Shown here one piece after another: positions 25,170-38,299 of a stretch of 64,000 bases of DNA. The DNA is from Octopus bimaculoides (lineage: Eukaryota), in contig NC_068981.1 of assembly GCF_001194135.2 (NCBI RefSeq), positions 192,124,062-192,188,061 on the forward strand, given 5' to 3'. How positions within the stretch are numbered: the first letter of the stretch is position 1; every line of letters begins with the position of its first letter. The notes beneath the pieces were generated by a model. That model was not told the origin of the DNA. It worked only from the letters and a program-made list of their open reading frames with translations, and did no database searches. The position numbers and the translations under genes were made by a program.

Positions 25170-25685
25170 TCAACAGGAGGACAGCTGCATCAAGAAATAC
25201 CAATCTCTAATTGTGTACGGAACATGTGGAAAGGGTAAAGCCAGGAAGACATGGGAAGAAATGGTGAGAAAAGGATCTCTGGACATTGTACCTGACAGAG
25301 GGGATAACAAGGGACCAAAACTTCTGGTGATTTGCTGTGCTTGAGAAGACCTGTCAAGCTAAGTAAAATCATGGTTGTCCTTGCATTCAGGCACATCCCC
25401 TACATCTCTCTTTAGCTCAGTGATCCTAAACTTATAGACTCGTGGGTACTGGTACCATGTAAAAAGCCCCCATGTGCCAGTGTCACATAAAAGCACCCAT
25501 GCTGGTGCCACATAAAAGTACTCAGTACACATTGTAATGTGGTTGGCATTAGGAATGGTGTCCAGCCATAGAAACTATGCCAAAACAGACATGGAGCCCA
25601 GGCAGCTCTTCAGCTGGTCAGCTCCTGTCAAACTTTCAAACCCATGACAGCATGGAAAATGGACATTAAAATGATGAGGACAATG
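25170..25685 (+). mobile_element. RTE LINE 3' end: C-terminal coding remnant plus 3' UTR and tail
   Basis: EDSCIKKYQSLIVYGTCGKGKARKTWEEMVR (RTE GRGRPRKTW motif), followed by the family T tail CAAACCCATGACAGCATGGAAAATGGACATTAAAATGATG. Confidence 0.85.
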
Positions 25686-26589
25686 ATTTTGAAGAATCTA
25701 AAACAATGTTGTTTGATAATCCCAAGATAATAGGTGGTGCTCCAGCATGGCCACAGTCAAATGAATGAAAGAATAAAAGAATATATATATATATATATAT
25801 ATATGACTAAATTATTCATGATATTTTGAAGGCACAAAAAAAAAAAAACTATTTTCTGATACTTTAGTAATTATTAATGTGTTGTCAGTAACTTCAGATG
25901 TATAATAAATAATAGATGTCTTGATAAATAGAGACAACAGGCAACAAAAAAGAAAGAAAGTCACACTTTTGAATATTGCATTCAAAACATTTTGAATCCT
26001 GATCACAAGATTTCTTGTGGCAACTGAGTCAAAAAAAAAAAAAACAGAAAGAGAGAGAGAATAATTTGAATAATATATATAAATACTGCATGCAATGAAT
26101 ATAATCAAAAAAATATTGGTGGACATAGATAGATAGAGAGACAGAGAGAGAGAGATAAAGAGAGAGACAGACAGACAGGCAGGCAGACAGATAGATAGAT
26201 ATAAAATCATTTAAACATCCACTTTTTCATGCTTCCATAAATTAGACGGAGTTTAAGACAAATTTGTGAAAGCTGGATGCCCATCTTGTCTCGTTTCTAA
26301 GCAAGATATTTCCTCATGGCCAGATTTATTTTTTAGAGAATATTGGAAATAATTTACACTCACAATTATAATGCAATGTTAAGACAAAGAAACACAAATA
26401 TACATACTCTCTCACACACACACACACACACACAAATGCATGTGAGCATGCATGCATGTTCAGACTTCCCTTCTGCTGGAAAATGGAGTTGGTGCTCATA
26501 TGAGGTTCTGTAAAATCTCTTAACATCAAAAACCTCATCCACATTTAGATAAATATAAAAAAAAGGAGTGTAAAATTTGTATATATGAC

Positions 26590-27000
26590 TTGCACAATAT
26601 ATTACCCATTGTTATTTTGTTTGTATTCTCATGTTGCATGCTGGCATGGGTTACACTGTTTAATAGGTTCCTGCAGATCCAAAAACTGCTTCATGCTCCA
26701 GTGTCTGTTTTGGCATGGTTTCTACAGCTGATGTCTTTCCTAACAACAACCAAGCCACAGTGTGTACTAGGTACTCTCTTCATGGCACCAGCAATAATGA
26801 GGTTACCATATATCTTACAAAACTACAAACCCTGAAAGGGCAACTTTATGCTAGGAGATTAGGGGTTAAAGTAAGAGAGAAGGAACCAGAGCAAAATAGG
26901 CTTCTTGTTGTAGAGGAGCTATATGACAACTCACATTTTAGAAGAGAGGGCAACAGTCATCAGGTAGTGGTGAAGTGTTTGAATACCCTCAAAAAAGAAT
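26590..27000 (-). mobile_element. Family T tail repeat, long variant
   Basis: CATGCTGGCATGGGTT..GGTTTCTACAGCTGATG..GGCAACTTTATGCTAGGAG. Confidence 0.7.
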
Positions 27001-27479
27001 TCTATTAATTGAAGGATTGCACATGGCAGGAAGTTAAGAAAAAAATGATGTGGATTACCAAATAAACTGCTTGATGTATATGCGTTTATGCATTTATTTA
27101 TATAATAGCCGATATGAACATAGGTTGATTCCTCTAGTCACATTTTACATCATATGAGGAAGAAGAATAAAAGAGAGTTAATATAAGAGCTACAGAGTTA
27201 GTGCCCACACAAGGCTGGTGGCAGGCAAAGAGTACAAGAATGCCATATCCATACACAAGACAAAGATGCAAAGAGACAGAAGAAGAAATGACAGAGTAGT
27301 TATATAAAAAAGAAATCCTTGTTCAACTTAATTTTGAGGTAAATATTTTTCTCTTGAAAATTAGCATAAGCAGCAAGGAACTTGATAAAGGTTAAATCAT
27401 AATTATTGGTGGCGAACGTATACTTTCAAAGTTACCTATCATATCACAGGAAAGGTTCTAATATATGTGTGTATGCATG

Positions 27480-27700
27480 TGTCATCATCATTTAACGTAT
27501 GTTTTTCATACTGGCATGGGTTGAACAGTTTGACTTAAAACTGGTAAGCTGGGGAGCTGCACCAGGTTTCAATCTGATTTGGAATGGTTTCTACAGCTAG
27601 ATGCCCTTCCTAATGCCAACCACTCCAAGACTGTAGTGGATGCTCTTTACATGCCACTGGCACGGGTGCCAGTTATGAAACACTGGCATCGGTCATGACC
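27480..27700 (-). mobile_element. Family T tail repeat
   Basis: CATCATCATTTAACGT..GGCATGGGTTG..GGTTTCTACAGCTAGATGCCCTTCCTAATGCCAACCAC. Confidence 0.85.
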
Positions 27701-27759
27701 CCACTTGGCTTCACACACACACACACACAGCGTTTAACATATATTCTCTGTGATTTATT

Positions 27760-27900
27760 GAAGGAGCTGCATAAGAGGAAAATAAGGCGAGGCAGACAAA
27801 AACAGCAGACAGACAATATTAAAGAATGGACAAATATTTAACAGAGACCCAAGATCTGGCATGCAACCACAAAAGAAAATGAGCATACCTTATATCAAAG
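27760..27900 (+). pseudogene. RTE-type LINE C-terminal fragment
   Basis: Frameshifted reading ..SRDDNIKEWT resembles the RTE RRGRQxKxWxDNIKEWT motif. Confidence 0.5.
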
Positions 27901-28249
27901 CAGCACTCATATAACTTCATTAGAAGTTGTGGACCCAAAATAATACAACATACACAAAAACTGAAAATTACAACTACTTTAACACAACTTGGACCAAATC
28001 TATAAGGTGGATTGACAGGGTGAAAACCAGAAAAATTTGGGGACTTTCAGAGAAACTATTTAAAAATAGTGGACTGAAAGAATAGTAACCTGAAACATTT
28101 GGTGATGCCTGCTGGTGCCTTCCACATCCCTACCCTTCTCTACCCACTGTTCTATGTCGAAGTTAGTAGTATCCACTTTCTATAAAAACTGGGACATCTA
28201 CACAAAAATGTCAATAGCAGCAGAACCTGATACATGCCATACTTTAGAA

Positions 28250-28607
28250 GAATCTGTGCAAGACTAAAATAACCTAAGTTTATAGAATTATTATTTAACT
28301 CCTTTGTTACTATATTTCTGTAAATACACTGCCTTCCTTTTATTTTTCAAAATAATGAATTTAGTAAAATAATTTAGATATTAATAAGCTGGTGTTTGGA
28401 ACATAAATTAACATGAATTTTTGATGGAATCTGTGCAAGACTAAAATAACCTAAGTTTATAGAAATATTATTTAACTCCTTTGTTACTATATTTCTGTAA
28501 ATACACTGCCTTCCTTTTATTTTTCAAAATAATGAATTTAGTAAAATAATTTAGATATTAATAAGCTGGTGTTTGGAACATAAATTAACATGAATTTTTG
28601 ATGGAAT
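28250..28607 (+). repeat. 177-bp direct tandem duplication
   Basis: Two units (28250-28426, 28427-28603) differ at one position that I could see. GAAT lies at all three boundaries. Confidence 0.9.
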
Positions 28608-28662
28608 GTTTAAGTTAAAACAATTTTGTTTAATAGAATCAGGTGAGTTGATATCAAAAGGG
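28299..28662 (+). mobile_element. Family A TTAA MITE, 5' part included in the tandem duplication
   Basis: TTAA|CTCCTTTGTTAC ... ATATCAAAAGGG|TTAA. Confidence 0.75.
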
Positions 28663-28814
28663 TTAAAGAATGCTTCATGTTATTTTAATTTTGTAAAGTG
28701 TATGAAGAAGCTGAGTAAAATTAAACAGGAAACACTACAGATATGTGTAATGTTGACAACCACAAACACACATACTTAACAGTAACAGAAATAACCCAAT
28801 TCATGGTACTTTAT

Positions 28815-28990
28815 CTGCTAGAAATAGCAACCAAATCCCCTGTAAATCCCACCCTACTATCTTAGAGGGGAATAAAAAAGAGACACCAAGTTTTCAGTAT
28901 ATCTGAAAATAAGCTAAGTTGGGATGACCAAAGATGGAATATATCTCATAAGTCTAATAGATTAAAGCTGACCTGGGGCCACACAACAAT
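28815..28990 (+). repeat. Interspersed repeat family D
   Basis: CTAGAAATAGCAACCAAATCC..CACCCTACT..GCTGACCTGGGGCC. Confidence 0.65.
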
Positions 28991-29074
28991 AAAACCAACA
29001 ATATAATCTACAGAGTCTGGCTGCTGTGTTTACAAGTCCTGGTAAAATCTAAAATTATTGAAATAATCATTGTT

Positions 29075-29250
29075 TAAGTGCACTGCCTGGTGGTTAGGCT
29101 GTTGGGCTCACAACCATAAGGTTGTGGATTCAATTCCAGACAGGCAGAAGGGGACACATTGCATCCTTCAATAAAGTACCTAATTTCATGTTGCTCTGGT
29201 CTAATCAGTTGAAACAAGTACCAGCTAACTGCTGGTGCCACTATCTCTCC
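29075..29250 (+). mobile_element. tRNA-derived SINE family E
   Basis: TGGTGGTTAGGCTGTTGGGCTCAC..GGATTCAATTCC (A/B-box-like), then TTTCATGTTGCTCTG, shared with 59400(-) and 62880(+). Confidence 0.65.
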
Positions 29251-30484
29251 CCTCCATGACTGGTGTGATGCTGAGCTACCTATGTCTGCTCACAGCTACA
29301 TGACCACCTAAAGCAATAATTGAAAGTGTGATATAAGTTACTTACTTGCAAGCAACAGTTCAATGCAAGCAGTGCTTATTTCCAAATTACAATTCAGCTG
29401 TTATTTGCTGTGTGCATGTGTGCGTACATGTGTGAAGTAGACAGGAGATTTGAAAGTTTGTAATTGAAAAGGTGACCACAAAGATATGTACACATACAGG
29501 CATATGGTACCTTTAGACAACTGGATAAAATATTGATTACAACACAGCATAAACACATAGATACAAGCCTGATTAATACAAAACATCTCAGAAATATAGA
29601 CATGTAGCAACAGATCCAAACTGAAGTAGGCCACAAAAGATCTGTTTGAGATAGAAATTTAATTGCTGTCTATTTGCCTTCAAAAAAGAAATTAAAAACA
29701 GTTATAAAATCGTAAAAAAGATAGAGACAGACAAACAGACAGAGACCTAATCCTCCATTCATAATTTCATAGATTCAAATTAAAAGTATTAAGTTACAAT
29801 ACAATAAATAATAAAATGAGCAATGTTCTCTTTGTTAATTATGTGCAAGTGAATTAGCTATTAATTCCTATTGAACACCACCAACCATTGAACTCTATGT
29901 TGCGTTTTGTCAAGCAGAAAAAGTTTAACCATTTCCAATCGGACATCAGAAAGAAACGGTTTTGTATAAAACTGTAAGCTATTCTGTCTGGGTTGCAAAT
30001 AATGGAAGCAATAACAAATTTCTAAAGTCAATAAGAAGATAAATGGAGAGTCAGCAACAAAGCCAGAAGTATTGGATTGAACTAATAGCAAATGGTTGCA
30101 TAATATTTAATCAGTTGGTAAATAGAAATCAAAATTCAATTTTAAAAAAAGCAATTTAATAAATATAAATGATGGCAACACTTAATTGTAAATGATAAAG
30201 TTGATTTCATTCCTTTTATTCAGCAAGTCCACACACTACATTTAACGAAAACATCAAAAGATTAAAACCAGAAATCTAACACTAATCCTGAATTAAGACT
30301 AACAACAAAACTAATACCAAAAATTCAGATTAGAAGCTTATATCCAATGGAGTAATATAAGCAGTAAGTTTTTTTATTTCTCTCTCTATTTTAGTCAATT
30401 GAGTGTGTGACTAAATTTTTCTGAAAGAAAATGTTACTCTTATCTATATTGAAATTTCTTATGAAAAACACTTGCTATATAAGC

Positions 30485-30642
30485 AAGCATGGCTCTAGAG
30501 CTATGAAGTTCACTTCGCAACCATGTGGTTTTAGGTTCAGCCTCAATGCATGGCATCTTGGACAAAGATCAAAGATTTGTGAGTGGATTTGTTAGCTCAG
30601 AACCTGAAAATATATATGTGCACATGTACATACGTACACACA

Positions 30643-30741
<99 letters not shown>

Positions 30742-30945
30742 CTCTCTCTCTCTACTTGTCAATGTTGCAAGCTAATTGTAAACAAACATCACTGTTATAT
30801 AAGTGGTGCTGTTTGCTTGCAATCTTCCATGAAAATATGTCCAGCCATTATGCTGTTCACATTTGAAGGACTAGGAGGAAATATTACCTTGTCTGAAAAC
30901 AAGTGAGGATTTGTGTCATGCAAAGTGTTTGGCTGTAGAAAATTT
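30485..30945 (+). mobile_element. Family C SINE with an expanded (TG)n at about 30645-30738
   Basis: Head GGTTTTAGGTTCAGCC..GCATCTTGGACAA, long (TG)n, body GGAAATATTACCTTG. Confidence 0.8.
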
Positions 30946-30952
30946 GTTTTAA

Positions 30953-31326
30953 CACTTTCATTAGCAAATTTCTGTTGAGATACTCTTCATTTGTTTCAGT
31001 AACTGTCACGTGGGGTTTCGAACATAAATTAACATGAAATTTTGATGGAAAGTTTTAATTAAAATAATTTTAAAAGAGGAAGCTTATATCATAGGATCAG
31101 CTGTGGATTAACCCTTTAGCATTTAAACCAGTCACATCCAACCCAAATATTCTATTTGCTTCATGTTTAAACTGACCAGTTCCAGCCTCTCACACCTACC
31201 CTACAATGTCATTTAAAAAATAAAGAATCACATCATTGAAATCTTGAGCACTGTGAATAAATAAGCATCACATTTGACAGAGTAACCTGGATGCTAAAGG
31301 GTTACGGTAGGTTGGTATCAAAAGCG
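30953..31326 (+). mobile_element. Family A TTAA MITE carrying a nested MITE
   Basis: TTAA|CACTTTCATTAG ... GTATCAAAAGCG|TTAA, with internal GAACATAAATTAACATGAAATTTTGATGGAA. Confidence 0.7.
31112..31301 (+). mobile_element. Family B piggyBac-type MITE nested in family A
   Basis: Perfect 11-bp TIR CCCTTTAGCAT / ATGCTAAAGGG, flanked by TTAA and TTAC. Confidence 0.8.
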
Positions 31327-34300
31327 TTAATGAATTTCATCTGATGCATGAAAGCATGGAACACTGGACACTAAAACAAACACACAATCTTGTTAAAAAC
31401 GGGAGGGGGGGAGGCTCAGATTTCATCCTTTGAAGATTCCACCAATGTGTAAACAATTTAAACTTGAAATTGATGTAAAGTATAAAGTTAACCTCTTTTC
31501 TCTAAACACATGTTTAAGTGTGATGTAGTCACCTACACAGCCCCCAGAGGACAAACAATACTGTGCTTGATACCTTGCCATTAGTGTGAACCCTAAATCC
31601 CATCTTGATTACCCTTACTTCTCTTCTGTTGTAAATTTGGTAAATGATAAAAATGCAACTATAAAACCTGAATGAACAACTACAGTATTAGTTGCAAAGG
31701 ACTTCACTCAAACAAAAAGGGGGTGAAAAAATAACAACTGAAATGTTGATTTACTGAAAAATTCAATGTATCGTAATAAAATTTTAAAACGAAACCAAAA
31801 TTTAGCTTAATCAATGTCTTGAGAAAAAGAGAGAGAGAGAGAGATCTGGTTTCATTGAGGGTCCTTCAACTTCCTTTTGATGAACAGAAAATTTATTGCT
31901 GGTTTTTTTGTTTGTTTTTTCTAGCTCAAGAATGTGAGAACAGGTGGAGAGTTCTGGATATTTGATGACATACTAACTCATATAAAGATTGGGGTTAATG
32001 TGAGACAAGAAATATTTAAAATATTAAAATTACACTCGATGATGAGAAGAAAAAAATTAACAATTAGATTAATTATCAACTAGCAGTACCCATGGGAGTT
32101 TCATGGGTATTTGAAAATTGTAAGATAGAATTGTATATTTTTCTGAAGCATTTGATTCTTGAAAAGGTGTAAAAGACCACTTAAGTAATATTAAAGGTGC
32201 AATCTTAGGACACACACACACACACACTGCCTCTTCTTACAACTATACCACATCCCCTGTGATAAACTCATTCTCTTTGCTTCTTCTTCCAACTAACCAC
32301 TTAACCATGTAACATAATAACAATCCCTTTCTCTCACTGCTAATACTCTTCTTTCTCTTTTCACCTCTCCCTTCGACTAATCATGTAACAGTGTCACACA
32401 TTTGGCCTTAGCATATTAACATATAGATTCTGGTTAAGAGGCAAGAGAGATAAAAATCAAATTTTAATTGCATAACATTAATTACTACTGGAATGTCAAC
32501 AATGCAGTGGGGAGTAAGTCTGATCTTGTCAATACAGTCACAATTCTGGACATGCTTCGGTTTAATTTGATCTCCACAGCAATGACCAGTACTGCTACAC
32601 AAAGTGTACTTGAAATATATATATATATATATATCATCATTTAACGTTCATCTTCCATGCTGGCATGGGTTGGATGGTTTGACAGGAGCTGGCAAGCCAG
32701 AGAACTGCACCAAGCTCTGTCTGTCAATAACTAATAAGCCAAATATTCAAAGCCACCATCAACTTCTTGAAAAATAAGTATCGAGTTCCTTTAATTTAAT
32801 GTTAAACTGCACAAACACACTCTTGTGAATAAACATCCAGAAATTTGACAGTTTGAAATAAAGGCTGGTGTTGGGGAGCATATACTCAGGGACAGGCTCT
32901 GCATGGAAAAACAAATGGTAAAGTCAGTGCTAACATATTAGCTTTCTTTGAAATATCAAACCAAAGAATGCCTTCTTGCTGGTGAAGTGGCAAACAAAGT
33001 TTATCTCCCAGTTTACTCAATCACTGAACTCTTGTTTGTTGCCAACTTATCACTAACCAAGAAATAGTTTTGATTAAGTTGATCTACTGATGGTATATTA
33101 GCATCAAATTTAGAAATAAACTCCAATGGAGATAAGAGATAACATGTATGTTATAGACTCACAACTAATAAAGATAGTAATGCCTTTCAAGATGAGATAA
33201 CAAAAAAAAAATAGTTTCACAGTAATGTAGACTGTTGAAGCTTTCTAGAAAAAGAATAGCAGCATTTTGGGTGAATATTCCGTTAAGTGATTGTTGAGAG
33301 ATGAGTTAATCATAATGGAAAAGTTTGCTTTTAGGTTTTCATGAAGAATGATTATAGCTTCAGCTAAGAGGAATCTTAAACAAGCAGCACAATGCTTGAA
33401 GATGGTTATTGCAATTTTAACTTGGCCAATTAAATAAAACAACTCCTCTATTCAGCTGAGTTAAGTAATAAAGTAGTAATAAGACCACAAAGTTAAACAT
33501 TTAGATCTTTGATGACAATGACAACTATAACACAGCAAAAAGGAATACCATTCTACTTGACTCAGTGTCCTAGAAATTCTGTAGAGAAACTGTTGAAATG
33601 CAATTAAGAGGATTTATGATTAATCAATATTTTATTATAATTCAAAAATTACTTCAAAGATACTGCAGATATACAACTTTACTGGTGATTGTAGCCAACA
33701 AAGCCATCAAGATAAGCAGATATAAACAAGTAAACCCAATTACTAGAAACAATAAATTCAATATTCTCAACAGACTTTCAATGATATTCAGTCATATCGA
33801 CAGGAATAACATCTCCATAAAATGCTCGGTTTCAAAATATAGAAGTAGAAGGAAAAATGGAAGAGTGATGAGTGAAATAGCTGGTGATATTTAATAATGC
33901 TCATTTACATTCAGAGTTCAAATTCTGACTTTGCCTTTCATCTCTTTAGGGTCAATGAATTTATTGTTGTCAATCCAATTGTCAAAATTCATCCCCTTCA
34001 AATATGTAGCCAGGCGCCAAAGTTTCTCTATATTAATCCTCTCAGATCAATGTTGTTTAACCAAAAGCTACTTAATGTATCAACAGTTTATAGTATTAGA
34101 TTCAAAACTCATGACCTGAATAGTTGTACATTTTAATCCAAATTAAGACCCATAGAATCCCAACTGAGAAATCTAAAAATTATTTCATTTTTAAGGCCAG
34201 TTGCATATGTTACTTCAGCTTCCAACTGATGAGCCCATCTAAGAGTTAAAGAGAAAACTCAACTCACACAACTATAATTATACACCTTTTTACTACAGCC

Positions 34301-34814
34301 AAGCACAATCAACTGTAGATAATTGACAGAATTTCACAATGTGCATGCTGTCAGAATTTTCTTTTTAAAACGAATTCCTGAACAGCTGAAACATCTACAC
34401 ACCCTAACAGGAAATAAGATTATAAATAATTCAAAATATTTCTAGATCAGATAAATTTCAGAATCTTTTCAAAATTTAAAAGCACAAGAAGGGGGAAAAA
34501 TGGATAGGTTTATTAAATTACTAAACTATTTAATTCTTACTTTTAAAAGATAAAGAGCCAAACCCAAAGCATATTCCAGAAGACTGGTTCTAGAAACTTG
34601 AGGCTCTTTGGATAAGTTTAACAACCAGAATGGATAAGACAGAAAAAATTCTTAAATGATGCAAGCAGTTTAATACAGGATCACGAGATATTTAAGGTAA
34701 ATTAAAATAAAATATCTGCAGACTGTTGTTTATAATAATTTCAATGGAACAAGCAAATTATGAAGATTAATGGAAATAATTAAGAGTGTATATATATATA
34801 TATATATACATACA

Positions 34815-34977
34815 TATAGTCCACTCTGCTGAGTGGTTGGTGTTAGGAAGAGCATCCAGCAGTAAAAATCCTGCCAAAGTAGTCACAGAAGTCTGATGCA
34901 GGTTTCAGCTTGGCCGGCTTTTGTGGTACTATCCCACCCATGCTAGCATGGAACACGGACGTTAAATGATGATGATT
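34815..34977 (+). mobile_element. Family T tail repeat
   Basis: GAGTGGTTGGTGTTAGGAAGAGCATCCAGC..CCCATGCTAGCATGGAACACGGACGTTAAATGATGATGAT. Confidence 0.85.
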
Positions 34978-35176
34978 TGAATTATTAATTACTACCACTC
35001 CCAAGCATTACACAATGTTTTCCACAAACAATTCTATAAAATAAGCGAATTAAAAGAGTGGGTGTTTTTGGATAATAAACCTTCATCAGCAGAAATATGG
35101 TAGAGTTGTCACTCAATTGCTCAGTTAAAAAAATAATGTTATCTAACTCCTAATTTTATGGAGATGAATGTCTCAC

Positions 35177-35238
35177 CAACAGTGAGGAAAATAGGGAATT
35201 GTGATCTATTTCATAAAGGTCAGCAGTATTACAAACAG
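35177..35238 (-). CDS. Candidate exon of an unidentified host gene
   Basis: Acceptor cagttttaattctag, donor TTG|gtgaga, one open frame VCNTADLYEIDHNSLFSSLL. No homology recognised. Confidence 0.2.
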
Positions 35239-35714
35239 CTAGAATTAAAACTGAATCCATTTTTACACCATGGACACAGTCCACCATGAGCTTAGCTTCT
35301 CTATATTATCATTAACCAACCAATCTGCTGATACAACTAAATTTTCCTGAAACATACATTTAATACCTTGAATGTTAAGGCAACATGCCCAAAAGATTTG
35401 GTAAGATTTGATTCAGCATAGTGAGAAAGCCAACTGAACAATGAAATGTTGTGAAAACCAGAACTTGACATATAAGCACAAGCTAATAGTTCTATCAGGT
35501 TAAATATTTGTTTATACTAGGTTAGCTGTTCTAGTAGTTTACACTACTGCCAAGATTTTACAACCAATAAACAAACTAAGAGCTGCATGCATCAGTGGTA
35601 TGCTGGAATAAACTGTCAAAAGCTACACTGTGTCTAAAACATTACCACCAAGTGTTTAGTTATTTCTGTACTATGGCTCTGTTTAAACAGAAATGACAAC
35701 ATCATTATCAAACT

Positions 35715-36045
35715 TAGGTGTGGTAAAAAAGTTTGCTTCCCAACCATAGTTTCAGATTCTATCCCACGGCATGGTACCTTGGACAGGTATCAGCTATACT
35801 CACAAATTGATCAACACCTAGTGAATAGGATTTGGTGAACAGAAACTGAAAGAAGCCAGATAGGTGGGTGGATGGGTAAGTAAGTAGGTGTATGTGAGTG
35901 GGTAAGAGTTGCTTTGTCTTGACATGAAGAAATAGTAATTACTTCAAAACAAGAGTTGGTGACAGGATGGGCATCTGGCTGTAAAAATTCTGCTTTAACA
36001 AATTGTCTCCAGCCCATACAAGCATGGAAAAGTAGACATTAAACT
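35715..36045 (+). mobile_element. Family C SINE with an internal deletion
   Basis: GGTGTGGTAAAAAAGTTTGCTTCCCAACC..ACCTTGGACA..GAAACTGAAAGAAGCC..CCCATACAAGCATGGAAAAGTAGACATTAAA. Confidence 0.8.
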
Positions 36046-36057
36046 GATTATATATAT

Positions 36058-36058
<1 letters not shown>

Positions 36059-36127
<69 letters not shown>
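36059..36127. repeat. (CA)n microsatellite
   Basis: Seen directly. Confidence 0.97.
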
Positions 36128-36129
<2 letters not shown>

Positions 36130-37927
36130 TTATGTGTGCATTCATGTGTGTGTTTACATTTGCACTTGTCAAAAATTGCAGAGCTACAAGTTGTAATGAT
36201 GTAATTTCAACAAAATCATCCACTGGTTTTGTGCTTTTGAAGGTGTGTGGAGATACCTTGCTGCAAAACAGGTAAGTTTAGGAACACAAAGAGCACCCAA
36301 CTGTAAAGCAATACCTCAATATATTCATCTAACCTATATTAATATGGTAAAATAGATATAAAAATGAACAATCTTGTTTTTATCTTTGAACATATTTAAA
36401 TTCTCCCATAATACAAGCATTAATCCTAAAATCACAAAGTCATGTGGAGGGGTAGGCTTAAACTGTTGTCCAGTTTAACACCATGACCTGGCCCTAGGCT
36501 GCTTTCACAGAATTTACTCAATTGCAAGCACTCATGGGACCAAGTCTCCAGTTTGATTCCATCCATTTCCTCCACCCATCACAGGGAACCAAAGGGTTCC
36601 CAGGCACCCTTGCTTCCAAATCCTATATGATTCCAAATTTAAATTGAAGATGTAGCTAAGTACAGACCCTTCAGTAGAACTACTCCCACACTAAATATAT
36701 TGTTAATCCTAAATTTAGGCTTCCTCAACCATCATGGGCCCTGCCTCCCTTAACTACAACATGTGGTATCTATAAAATCAAATCTTTTTAGGTCAAACAA
36801 AAATGAAAACTTTTTTCTCTCCTTGTACCAATATCATTGAAAAATAAAGATTATATAGTCATAAATCTAAACTACATAATATTCGTTTTAGTTATCCTTC
36901 ACAAAATTTATCACAAAGTCAATCAGTTTCATACCAGATGTTAAAGATAAATTTGCATAAGTCTTCTTCTTCCTAAATAGCAATAAACATTACTTCTTTA
37001 CTGACTCCACAAGGTGAAATATAACCTCTTGCAATATATTACACAGTCAGATTTTTGTCTAGAATATTATAACAAAAACAACTTTTAAGTATTTTATTTA
37101 ATCCAACAGGTTTACAGTTTTGAAATAATTGCTTTAGCCTCTTTGAAACTGCTAGGCTTTCTTTTTTTAATGTTCTAACTCCCACAAAGTCGATACCAAT
37201 AATATTTTTCAACTTTGAAATTAACAGAAATGTCAATTTTGCTGATGAATTTAACATTTGCATAGCGTTATTGATTGTCTGACATTAGCCTACACTTTAG
37301 TTTATTTTATAAATATATAAACATTTATATAGCAAGATTAAACAGAAACACACATACAATTTCAAAAATTGTATAAACAACAAATGAACATGTATGTAAA
37401 ATACAAATACGTAATATAAATACGCAGTACAATGCAACAAAAATATACACTAGCTTTATATAAACTTTATATGAAGTAAAATTATCAGTAAAGCTATCTA
37501 AAATAATATTCATCTTGTTGACACAGAATTTGATAAGTAAAAGTATTTTCTTCTCCAACAATCTATTTTACACATAGGAGGAAATAATTATTAGAGGACA
37601 GAGACATTATCATTGCTTCTACAACACACCCTCTAGCTCTGTAACTGACACGTTAACAAAATGTTAATTTCAGTTTTTCACTTAGAAACAAGATACAGTG
37701 TTAGATTGGTGACAATAGCAAATAAAATGAGGTCAGAAAAATAACAGAAAATACAAAAGAAAAATCATTCTTAGATCTGAGAGAACATTTCCATTTCATA
37801 AGGAAGACAAGACAGAGTAAAGTACAAAGTCACAAAGAAACCCAATAACTTCCACTAAGTCTCAAAGATAGAGTTTAAAAGCTAAACCTTTGTAGTCCTC
37901 CTCAAAAGAAATACACAAATAAATAGA

Positions 37928-38270
37928 TAAGGCTATGTGGTAAGAAGTGCACTTCCTAACCAAATGGTTCCAGGTTCAGTCCCACTGCATGGCATCTTGG
38001 GCAGATGTCTTCTATAGCTTCAGGCCAACAAAAGCTTTGTGAGTGAATATGGTAAATGAAAACAAAGAAGTCGTGTGTATCCACCACCACTTGACAACCA
38101 GTAATGTGTTTACACCCCCATAACTTAGTGGTTTACCAAAAGAGACTGACAGAATAAGTACTAGGTTTTAAAAAATGAATTAAATAAACAGGTACTGGGG
38201 TTGATTTGTTCAACTAAAATTCTTCAAGGCAGTGCCCCAGCATGGCTGCAGTCAAATGAGTGAAACAAAG
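37928..38270 (+). mobile_element. SINE, family C head with an alternative body
   Basis: GGCTATGTGGTAAGAAG..GGTTCCAGGTTCAGTCCCACTGCATGGCATCTTGGGCAGATG, then AAAAGAGACTGACAGAATAAGTACTAGG..GTGCCCCAGCATGGCTGCAGTC. Confidence 0.8.
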
Positions 38271-38299
38271 ATAAATATAATTTTAATGTCTACTCTTCT

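Noticed and set aside
35062-35095. Minus-strand CTGATGA-AGG..TCC-AAAA hammerhead look-alike
   Set aside because: No GAAA, a 2-bp stem II and no stem I.
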